Source: Candidatus Caccopulliclostridium gallistercoris (lineage in GTDB: Bacteria; Bacillota; Clostridia; Christensenellales; UBA1242). Taken from it: DNA of 64,000 bases. Numbering within the stretch: the stretch's first letter is position 1; each line of letters begins with the position of its first letter. The translations under genes and the position numbers were made by a program. Shown piece after piece: positions 8,531-16,213 of this stretch. The notes under the pieces were generated by a model. That model worked only from the letters and a program-made list of their open reading frames with translations. It was not told where the DNA came from and ran no database searches. The stretch spans positions 1,225 through 65,224 of the forward strand of contig DVOJ01000012.1 of NCBI GenBank assembly GCA_018713725.1, read 5' to 3'.

Positions 8531-8736
8531 TAAGCTCAACCTTCAAAAAAATATTTTAATAGAGCCAAAAGCAAGTGAAAATTTTATATATACCTTAGAA
8601 CTAACTAATTTCTCTAATTCTTTTATAGTGCCAAATTTTGAAGAAGGAAGCTATTTTGTTATTATGGTAGGGTCTGAAGGATATCAACATTCAGGTGGTA
8701 ATACCTCATAGTAAAATATTTTTAATTATTTATAAA

Positions 8737-8764
8737 AATTCCTAAAATTCTTTAGGAATTTTTT
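8737..8764 (+). terminator. Rho-independent terminator
   Basis: Perfect 10-bp stem AATTCCTAAA/TTTAGGAATT with loop attc, followed by a T run. Confidence 0.65.
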
Positions 8765-8823
8765 AATGTTTTTAGTTTTATTTTTATTTAAAATATGGTA
8801 TCCTATTTTTAATAGGAGATTTT

Positions 8824-9744
8824 ATGTACGACATTATCATTGTAGGTGGCGGGCCAGCAGGATTAACTGCTAGCATATATGCATTACGTGCTAAAAAAAG
8901 CGTGCTCTTAATTGAAAAATTTTCTCCGGGTGGTCAAGTTGTTCAAACGGGCAAAATTGAAAACTATCCCGGGTTTAAAAGCATTGAAGGTGCGGAGCTT
9001 TCTAGGCTAATGTTTGAACAGGCGTCGGATTTAGGGCTTGAAGTGGTTTATTCTGACATTTTAAATTATGATATTACTGGCAAAATTAAAAAAGTAAAAA
9101 CGTATGAAGGAGAGTTTGAAGCAAAAACTATAATTCTTGCACTTGGAGCTGTGGCTAGGCAACTTGATGTGGAAAACGAGAAAAAGTTTGTTGGAAAAGG
9201 AATTAGCTATTGTGCCACTTGCGACGGAAATTTTTTTAAAGATAAAGTTGTTGCAGTGGTAGGTGGCGGAAACACTAGTTTTGAAGATTGTTTGTATTTA
9301 TCTGATATAGTTAAAAAAATATACTTAATTCATAGGCGCGACGAGTTTAGGGGAGACGCTCACACCTTAGAAAAATTAAAAACGCTTGCTTTGAATGGAA
9401 AAATTGAGTTTGTTTTAAATTCCGTGGTTAAAGAGTTAAAAGGGGAAGAAAAGTTAAACTCTATACTCGTGGAGAATAAAATAAGCAAAGAAGTTAGGGA
9501 AATTAAAGTTGACGGGCTTTTTGTTGCAATAGGTAGGCAACCGGATACAGCTTTGTTAAAAGATATATTAACCTTAGATAAAAATGGCTACATTATAACA
9601 GATGAGAATATGTGCACGAATGTTGATGGTGTTTATGCTATTGGCGATGTAAGAGAAAAACGTTTAAGGCAAATTGTTACTGCGTGTAGCGACGGGGCAA
9701 TAGCATCTGTGGATATAATAGACTACATTTCCAAAAATTTTTGA
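8824..9744 (+). CDS. trxB: Thioredoxin-disulfide reductase
   Basis: 306 aa with GGGPAG FAD-binding, the CATCDG redox-active disulfide and GGGNTS NADPH-binding motifs. Confidence 0.9.
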   Translation: MYDIIIVGGGPAGLTASIYALRAKKSVLLIEKFSPGGQVVQTGKIENYPGFKSIEGAELSRLMFEQASDLGLEVVYSDILNYDITGKIKKVKTYEGEFEAKTIILALGAVARQLDVENEKKFVGKGISYCATCDGNFFKDKVVAVVGGGNTSFEDCLYLSDIVKKIYLIHRRDEFRGDAHTLEKLKTLALNGKIEFVLNSVVKELKGEEKLNSILVENKISKEVREIKVDGLFVAIGRQPDTALLKDILTLDKNGYIITDENMCTNVDGVYAIGDVREKRLRQIVTACSDGAIASVDIIDYISKNF

Positions 9745-9926
9745 GGTACAAATAAAAATAGAATACGAAGCAAGAAAATATTAAAAAAATATGCGAATTA
9801 TTAAAAATTAATTATAAAAATTTAATTTTTGAAGATGTAACTAAAATATATGAAAAATATGGAATTAAAAATATTGAAAAAATATCTAATTTAATTCTTG
9901 AAAATAATAAAAAATAGGAGAAAAAT

Positions 9927-10082
9927 ATGTATAAAACGGAAATTATTAAAAAAACAGCGAATATTGAAAAGAGAGCAAAATTAATTGAAGAAAAATGCAA
10001 TTTAATGGAAAGTGAAGGCTATAATTTAATTTCTGTATGTTCTACGCCAAATTTTGGCGCAATTTTAGTTTTTAAAAATTAA
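9927..10082 (+). CDS. Small protein (51 aa), possibly DUF4177-like
   Basis: Hand-translated as MYKTEIIKKTANIEKRAKLIEEKCNLMESEGYNLISVCSTPNFGAILVFKN. SD TAGGAGAAAA lies 6 nt upstream. It is below the ORF-track length cutoff. Confidence 0.4.
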   Translation: MYKTEIIKKTANIEKRAKLIEEKCNLMESEGYNLISVCSTPNFGAILVFKN

Positions 10083-10092
10083 TTTTTACGCC

Positions 10093-10121
10093 TTGACAAT
10101 ATTTGCTAGTTATATTAAAAT
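10093..10121 (+). promoter_or_regulatory. Sigma-A promoter of lysK
   Basis: TTGACA-17-TAAAAT, about 25 nt upstream of the ATG. Confidence 0.55.
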
Positions 10122-10146
10122 ACCATGGAAAAAATAGGAGAAAATT

Positions 10147-11700
10147 ATGTGGGCAAATGAGATTGCAGATAGAATAATAAGAGAAAGACCAAATGAAAAG
10201 GTCTACACAATAGCAAGCGGGGTTAGCCCTTCTGGCTTTGTGCATATAGGAAATTTTAGAGAAATTGTAACACCATTTTTTATTGCAAAGGCGCTAAAAA
10301 ACAAGGGCAAAAACGTTCGTTTTATTTTGTCGTTAGATGAATTTGACAGATTTAGAAAAGTTCCGGGCAATATTCCTAGCGAATATTCAAAATATATAGG
10401 TATGCCATACGTAGATATACCTAGCCCTTTTTCTGAAAACGAGAGTTATGCAGAGTTTTTTGAAAAGCGCTTTTTGGGTGAACTTAAAGCTGTGGGAATT
10501 GAACCTGAATGCATTTATCAAGCAAAGGAATATAGAAGCGGAAGATATGCACAAAAAATTAAACTTGCCATGGATAAGCGCTTTGAAATTTTTGATATAA
10601 TAGATAGTTTTAGAACGCAGGATGCTAGCGATGGGGAAAGAGAAAACTACTATCCAATAAGCATATATTGCGACAGCTGCAAAAAGGAAACTAAGGACAT
10701 TGTTTCTTATGATAGCCAAACAGGCGATATAGAATATAAGTGCGCATGTGGGCATGTGGGCAAAATTAACATATTTAGTGCTAGAAATGTTAAACTTCAA
10801 TGGAAAGTAGATTGGCCAATGAGATGGCAGGAAGAAAATGTTGTATTTGAATCTGGCGGAATGGACCACTCTACTACAAACGGAAGCCACGACGTAGCAG
10901 AAAGAATAGCTAAAGAAATATTTGGCTTTACGCCACCAATCTACGAGCCGTATAACTTTATTGGTATAAAGGGCGGGGGTGGCAAGATGAGCTCGTCCAC
11001 AGGAAACGTTTTAACCTTAACCGACCTTTTAAAAGTTTATGACAAACATCAAATACTATGGTTCTATGCAAAGTATAAGCCTATGCAAAACTTTAACCTA
11101 GCGCTTGACAACGACGTTATAAGGTATTATAGCGAGTTTGATAGATACGTTAAAAGTATGTTTGAAGGAAAACTTGATGAAGGCAATAAGGAAATTTTAT
11201 CTTTTACAGACGTTCATGAAGACTACTTAAAATATCCTAATTTTAGTTACTTGGCTACTTTTTTACCTATTGTAAACTTTAACCTAGATTTTTTAGCAAC
11301 CTTAATGCAAAAGGAAAATGCGGATCCGAGTTCAACATATTATAAAGAACGTTTAGAAAGAGCTATTTATTGGGTAAAGAATTACGGCGCAGAATATCAA
11401 GTAAATTTACTTGAAGATAAAAACGTTGAATATTATAATTCCTTAACGGAAGAAGAGAAGTCTTGGGTAGAAAAGACAATAGAACTTTTAAATAGAGAAT
11501 ATTCCACAAGCGACGAGCTTCAAACAGAACTTTACTCCGTAATAAAATATTTAAATTTAGAGCCAGACGCTTTGAAGAAAATGCAAAAGCACTATTTTGA
11601 AATTTTATATAATTTACTTCTTGGCAAAAATCAAGGTCCAAAGCTTGGAATATTTCTACTAGCTGTGCCAAAAGAAAAATTATTAAGTTTATTAAAATAA
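10147..11700 (+). CDS. lysK: Lysine--tRNA ligase, class I
   Basis: 517 aa. SGVSPSGFVHIGNFREI (HIGH-type) and KMSSSTGN (KMSKS-type) sit in the arrangement typical of class I LysRS. No class II motifs are present. Confidence 0.85.
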   Translation: MWANEIADRIIRERPNEKVYTIASGVSPSGFVHIGNFREIVTPFFIAKALKNKGKNVRFILSLDEFDRFRKVPGNIPSEYSKYIGMPYVDIPSPFSENESYAEFFEKRFLGELKAVGIEPECIYQAKEYRSGRYAQKIKLAMDKRFEIFDIIDSFRTQDASDGERENYYPISIYCDSCKKETKDIVSYDSQTGDIEYKCACGHVGKINIFSARNVKLQWKVDWPMRWQEENVVFESGGMDHSTTNGSHDVAERIAKEIFGFTPPIYEPYNFIGIKGGGGKMSSSTGNVLTLTDLLKVYDKHQILWFYAKYKPMQNFNLALDNDVIRYYSEFDRYVKSMFEGKLDEGNKEILSFTDVHEDYLKYPNFSYLATFLPIVNFNLDFLATLMQKENADPSSTYYKERLERAIYWVKNYGAEYQVNLLEDKNVEYYNSLTEEEKSWVEKTIELLNREYSTSDELQTELYSVIKYLNLEPDALKKMQKHYFEILYNLLLGKNQGPKLGIFLLAVPKEKLLSLLK

Positions 11701-11722
11701 TCCGTTTAAAGCGGATTTTTTT
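11699..11722 (+). terminator. Rho-independent terminator
   Basis: AATCCG/CGGATT stem followed by T6. Confidence 0.6.
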
Positions 11723-11776
11723 AATATTAATTTGACAATTTTCATGTATTTTTATATATTTTAATAGGAGCTAGTT

Positions 11777-12286
11777 ATGTTTGAAACAAAATTTAAATTT
11801 AATTTTCCAAAAGATTGGGTTAAAATAGAAAAGGAACGCTATCCAGACTATAAAATTTTCTCGTCAGATTTTGCGCCTTGCCTATTTGCTTTTAAAGTTG
11901 TGAACAACAATAATACCTACGTGGTTACTATAAACGACTACGGCGATGCAGGCGCGGAACTTATATCTGAATTAAAGAAGAATTTAAGTAGCATAGAAGA
12001 AAAAAACGCGCTTATTGGAAACAAGGAAAGCGCTTTTGTTATTCCAAAATTTTATGACTTTATGGTTGTATCAGGGCAAAGGGCATTTGTGAACTTACTT
12101 AAAGTTAGGAACGACTACAACGAGTTTGTTTACACTCTTCAAATAATGTTAGAGATAGAAAAGAGTACGTTTTGTTTTGCTATGCCAGTTTTCGATGTAT
12201 CTGAAATGAATGCAATAAATTCCGTTTTAAACAATCCTGTGGTAAAAGATTTAATAGACGTTGTAATAAAATCTGCATTTAATTAA
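11777..12286 (+). CDS. Hypothetical protein
   Basis: 169-aa ORF with a TTGACA-17-TATATT promoter and SD TAGGAG upstream. Confidence 0.6.
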   Translation: MFETKFKFNFPKDWVKIEKERYPDYKIFSSDFAPCLFAFKVVNNNNTYVVTINDYGDAGAELISELKKNLSSIEEKNALIGNKESAFVIPKFYDFMVVSGQRAFVNLLKVRNDYNEFVYTLQIMLEIEKSTFCFAMPVFDVSEMNAINSVLNNPVVKDLIDVVIKSAFN

Positions 12287-12294
12287 ATAAATTA

Positions 12295-12331
12295 AAAAGT
12301 GTAATAAATTTTATTTTATTACACTTTTTTT
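12295..12331. terminator. Bidirectional terminator between convergent genes
   Basis: 14-bp stem AAAAGTGTAATAAA/TTTATTACACTTTT. It overlaps the 3' end of the permease gene. Confidence 0.6.
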
Positions 12332-13234
12332 AATTTTTTTATGCCTTTTTAAATTTATAAGTAAAAATATTCCAAGTAAAACTAGCGTTGAAATAGTTAT
12401 CACTAAAATTAAACCAAGGGTTGATACTTCGTGCCCAAAGAACGACATTTTTACGTCAAAACTTGTTGAAATTCCTTCTATCATTTCATTTGGTAAAGTT
12501 TTGCCCATTTCCTTTAAAACTCCGTTTAAAAAGCCTTGCCTAAATAAAACTGTTGCGTAAGTTCCTGGCAATAGGGACACAAAGCCTTGCATGCCTTTTC
12601 CCATTGTGTATATTGGCATATATGCTCCGCAAATAAAACCGTAAAGTGCAGATACAAGTGTACAAACTCCACTTACCACACCTTGTGAGCGTGTAAAAGT
12701 CCAAATTATGTTAGCTAGGATTGTGCCGAATAGCGACGTTATTATAATGCCAAATAAAATTAGTAATAAATCTACGAAAGTAATATAAAAACCAACAAAG
12801 GCAAGATAAATTAAGCCCACAAGAAGTAAAACAAAAGCAATAATAAGCGTAGAAAATAAATTAGCAAGCACGTAGCTTAATTGAAGAGTACTTTTTTTAA
12901 CTGGGGATACCATAAAGTCGATATTAGCTCTATTTACTTTATCTATAACCATCATTCCGGAACAAAAAGCAACAGTTATACATGAAGTTGCAAGAATAGA
13001 TGAAAAGAGCCAACCGCCAGTGAAGGCGTTTATAAGCTTTTGGTCTAAATTAAAACCTTCAACAATGGAAAATATGCTATTTTCGTAAGTTGATTTAAGA
13101 AAAACAACGAAAAGTACAAGCAGTATTAGCGGAGTTATTAATGAAACTAAGAACGTTATTTTATCTTTAAAATATAGTTTTATATTTCTAAAAGTTAAAT
13201 AGGTAAGTTTTTTGAATTCAGATTGTCTTTTCAT
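12311..13234 (-). CDS. ABC-2 type transporter permease
   Basis: 307 aa with 6 TM helices. It overlaps the upstream ATPase gene by 4 nt. Confidence 0.8.
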   Translation of the reverse strand: MKRQSEFKKLTYLTFRNIKLYFKDKITFLVSLITPLILLVLFVVFLKSTYENSIFSIVEGFNLDQKLINAFTGGWLFSSILATSCITVAFCSGMMVIDKVNRANIDFMVSPVKKSTLQLSYVLANLFSTLIIAFVLLLVGLIYLAFVGFYITFVDLLLILFGIIITSLFGTILANIIWTFTRSQGVVSGVCTLVSALYGFICGAYMPIYTMGKGMQGFVSLLPGTYATVLFRQGFLNGVLKEMGKTLPNEMIEGISTSFDVKMSFFGHEVSTLGLILVITISTLVLLGIFLLINLKRHKKIKKSVIK

Positions 13235-14148
13235 ACGCTCTCCTTTAACTCTTTTCCGGTAACAGATAAAAACACGTCGTCCATAGAGCCTTTAACAATT
13301 TCAATATCTTTAAAAAGTGTGCTGTATTCAACAAGGAAGTTTTTTGCATCATCTGTATTTTTAAACTGTATTTCTAGGCACGTTTTATCTTTTTTATATG
13401 GAATTTTAGTTTTTTCTAAAATTTCTAAAAGTTTTTTATCATATTTGTATGCTTTAATAAAATCTCTTGCGTATTTATTTTTTAAATGAAGCGGAGAACC
13501 TTCGGCAACAATTTTTCCATTGTCAATTATAACAACGTTATCCGCTATGCTTGCTTCTTCCATATAGTGAGTTGTAAGAAGCACGGTTAAATTTGTTGTT
13601 TTTCTTAAAATATTTATCATATTCCAAACTAGTTTTCTAGTTTTTGGGTCTAAGCCAGTTGTTGGTTCGTCTAAAATTAAAATTTTAGGTTTATGTAAAA
13701 GCGCTCTTACTATATCTACTTTTCGCTTTTGTCCGCCGCTCAATTTATCTAGCTGTTTATTTAAAATTTCTTTAAGGTCAAGCTTGTCTATAAAATATTC
13801 TAAATTTTCTTCAAACTCCTTTTTATCCATACCATAAAGCATAGCTCTATACCTTAAATTATCATATACAGACAAATTTTTATCTAGTACAGAAGATTGA
13901 AAAACTATGCCAATATTTGGCAATATTTTAGATATGTCGTCTACTGATGACCCGTTAACAAAACATTCGCCGCTATCTCTGCTTAGCACTCCAACTAATA
14001 TATTTATAGTAGTGCTTTTGCCGGCTCCATTAAGCCCTAAAAAAGCAAATAGCTCTCCTGTTTTTACTGAAAAGGATATATCGTCAACGGCTTTAACTGA
14101 GCCAAAATATTTTTTAAGATTTTTAATTTCTATAATAAAATCGTTCAT
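13231..14148 (-). CDS. ABC transporter ATP-binding protein (DrrA-like)
   Basis: Walker A GLNGAGKST, signature LSGGQKRK, Walker B ILILDEP. Confidence 0.9.
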   Translation of the reverse strand: MNDFIIEIKNLKKYFGSVKAVDDISFSVKTGELFAFLGLNGAGKSTTINILVGVLSRDSGECFVNGSSVDDISKILPNIGIVFQSSVLDKNLSVYDNLRYRAMLYGMDKKEFEENLEYFIDKLDLKEILNKQLDKLSGGQKRKVDIVRALLHKPKILILDEPTTGLDPKTRKLVWNMINILRKTTNLTVLLTTHYMEEASIADNVVIIDNGKIVAEGSPLHLKNKYARDFIKAYKYDKKLLEILEKTKIPYKKDKTCLEIQFKNTDDAKNFLVEYSTLFKDIEIVKGSMDDVFLSVTGKELKESV

Positions 14149-14230
14149 ATAACACCTTAAATATAAGATATCAAAGAAGTAAGGTATTTGTCAAAATTAT
14201 ATAGTAATATTTAAAAATATTTTTATTAAT

Positions 14231-14259
14231 AAAAAAGCACTTTAACAAGCGTTAAAGTG
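14231..14259 (-). terminator. Rho-independent terminator (minus strand)
   Basis: CACTTTAAC/GTTAAAGTG stem with T6 on the minus strand. Confidence 0.6.
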
Positions 14260-14309
14260 TAAATTTAATATTATTTAAAAAAAATATAGTTTTTTTACTT
14301 ATTTTTTTA

Positions 14310-14678
14310 TCATTTTTCTAAATCTTCATGCATTTTTAGCACTCTTTTATAATTTGGAAATTTTTTAGACATATATTCTTGCCAAGGTTTAGAGTAATCT
14401 TTATTAAAGTTATGGCAACTAAAATCTTCAAATACTAGAGTGTTATTTATGCCGTAGGCGCTAGCTGTATCAAATATTCTTTTAATATGCTCACTAGCGT
14501 TATATTTATTAAAAGTTTTCTTTAACTTTTCCATGTCTTCGTCTACATAGTTTACTAATACTATAGTATGTTTTTTGCCCTTTAATACTCTTATGTCTGT
14601 TATGGCGTTGTTTACCATGTAACCTAGGCTTTCTGTAAAAGTAATAAAATCTTGACTATTTAATTTTTCTATATACAT
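14310..14678 (-). CDS. Hypothetical protein
   Basis: 122-aa ORF with SD TAGGAGAA, 8 nt downstream of the preceding gene. Confidence 0.55.
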   Translation of the reverse strand: MYIEKLNSQDFITFTESLGYMVNNAITDIRVLKGKKHTIVLVNYVDEDMEKLKKTFNKYNASEHIKRIFDTASAYGINNTLVFEDFSCHNFNKDYSKPWQEYMSKKFPNYKRVLKMHEDLEK

Positions 14679-14686
14679 AAATTCTC

Positions 14687-15328
14687 CTACATTTCTTGTG
14701 CTAAGGTTAGGGTGTTGTTTACTGGTACAAGCGCATTTTTTTCTTTTTCCTCTTTTAATGCTTTTAATCGTTTTAGCATAAATTCAGGATTAGAAAATTT
14801 AGTTTTTACGCCATTTAATACTTCTTTATCGTTAAGTTCTATAAAGTATGCATTTTTGTTTATTTTAGCCTTTAAAATGTTTAATTTTTTCTTTGCATGT
14901 TCTAATCTTTTATATGCAAGCTTTCTAATTAAAAATTTTGGAGCTTTTATAATGGCATTTAAACCTTCAAAAACATATAAACCTAAATCTAGAACTATTG
15001 CACCAGCAGCGCCAACTGCCATAAGCGGACTAAATAAAGCAGCTTTTGCTATTTTTTTAGCTTTTGTTAGCTTACTATCATTTTTATCTATGTAGTCAAA
15101 AAATGCTATGTTTAAAAGTGAGTAGTAAAAGGTGTTAGCTGGAAGAATAGTCCCTAAACTTGTTCCGTCGTTAAAGTGTAAGCTTTCGTAGCTCGGATTA
15201 ATAGCATTAGAGTCGTTTATAAACTTAGCTAGCTTTTTAGCCTTTTCTACATCCTGAATAACAGCATTTTTAGCAAATAAAATTTGTGTTTCTGTGGAAA
15301 TTTGTTTTTTTGTTTTAAATTTTTTCAT
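14687..15328 (-). CDS. Hypothetical protein with one central hydrophobic segment
   Basis: 213-aa ORF with SD AGAGGTGAAA and a central AALFSPLMAVGAAGAIVLDLGLYVF segment. Confidence 0.55.
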   Translation of the reverse strand: MKKFKTKKQISTETQILFAKNAVIQDVEKAKKLAKFINDSNAINPSYESLHFNDGTSLGTILPANTFYYSLLNIAFFDYIDKNDSKLTKAKKIAKAALFSPLMAVGAAGAIVLDLGLYVFEGLNAIIKAPKFLIRKLAYKRLEHAKKKLNILKAKINKNAYFIELNDKEVLNGVKTKFSNPEFMLKRLKALKEEKEKNALVPVNNTLTLAQEM

Positions 15329-15412
15329 AATTTCACCTCTATTGTTAACAATATTTTACCATTAAGTGCTACTGCTGTCAATACTGCTTTTTTACAAATT
15401 TTGGTTTTTTGG

Positions 15413-15441
15413 TTGAAAAATTATAGCTTTATTGTTATAAT
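15413..15441 (+). promoter_or_regulatory. Sigma-A promoter
   Basis: TTGAAA-17-(TGt)TATAAT. Confidence 0.5.
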
Positions 15442-15465
15442 AATAACCTTATTATAGGGGAGCAA

Positions 15466-16125
15466 TTGAAATTTAAGGATTTTATTCACAACTTTTTTCA
15501 CGATAAGGCTTTCAGGACTTCAAAAATTACGCATGTTACAATGTATTATAATTACATATGGGCAACTGCGAAAATTATTTTTGGAGTGTTTTTTGAAACC
15601 TTCTTTTTCGTGTTAAGCGGTATTTATACAATTTTAATTGCATCTACAAAGCGCGTATTTCATAATAATTTTAGGCAGGTTGAAACAAGAGATAGCTTAA
15701 AGAAATTTTGCAAAATGGGAATTTTAATACTTGCTGCAAGCGCTATCTTTGTAATATATATGTCTAGACTATTCTTTATGGACTATACTTACACCTATAA
15801 TAAGATAGTTGGCATTACAATTGCTGCCTTCTCTTTTACCGAACTAGGTATATCTATTGGCGGGCTTGTAAGTGCCACTAAGAAAAACGATTATTTAATG
15901 ATGGGTATTAAATGTTGTAATTTAAGTTCAGCTCTTATAGCTATTGTGCTTACACAAATCTCTTTACTATCTATAACTTCAACTATAGATGCAGCCCTTT
16001 ATAATGCTATCTCCGGAGTGTGCTTTGGTGCACTTTCTATGCTAATTGGTGTTTTTATGATAATTTTTTATAAAAAAACTATTAAAAAACTACCAGAAGA
16101 AGGGGATATTCAACCAACAATATAA
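15466..16125 (+). CDS. Polytopic membrane protein, unknown function
   Basis: 219 aa with a TTG start after AGGGGAG (short spacing, so the start is uncertain) and about 5 TM helices. Confidence 0.5.
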   Translation: MKFKDFIHNFFHDKAFRTSKITHVTMYYNYIWATAKIIFGVFFETFFFVLSGIYTILIASTKRVFHNNFRQVETRDSLKKFCKMGILILAASAIFVIYMSRLFFMDYTYTYNKIVGITIAAFSFTELGISIGGLVSATKKNDYLMMGIKCCNLSSALIAIVLTQISLLSITSTIDAALYNAISGVCFGALSMLIGVFMIIFYKKTIKKLPEEGDIQPTI

Positions 16126-16213
16126 AATTTCTATCAAAACGAACAGTATTTTAATGACTTTTATGGAATTTTATGTTATAGTTAGGAGAAACTACTAAAG
16201 AAGGTGTAGAATT

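Noticed and set aside
8526-8711. 61-codon open frame ending ...PNFEEGSYFVIMVGSEGYQHSGGNTS just before a good terminator
   Set aside because: It has no usable start codon or SD and is preceded by multiple stops in all frames. I treated it as a possible 3' remnant of a destroyed gene (mentioned in the island finding) rather than a feature.
9762-9917. 52-codon open frame (NTKQENIKKICELLKINYKNLIFEDVTKIYEKYGIKNIEKISNLILENNKK) downstream of trxB
   Set aside because: Re-translation showed a TAG immediately upstream and no ATG, GTG or TTG in frame. It is possibly a decayed fragment and is not callable as a gene.
9812-10000. 62-aa minus-strand ORF in the trxB-lysK spacer
   Set aside because: It is an extremely hydrophobic, AT-driven frame without an SD. 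The plus strand carries a 51-codon ORF (9927-10082) with a good SD that explains the region better.
10099-10146. T-box or other riboswitch leader upstream of lysK
   Set aside because: The promoter -10 ends only about 25 nt before the ATG. That leaves no room for a T-box (about 200 nt or more) or a lysine riboswitch.
13223-14152. Plus-strand ORFs 13223-13489 and 13907-14152
   Set aside because: They are antisense to the ABC ATPase gene, which has full Walker and signature motifs. They have no translation signals.
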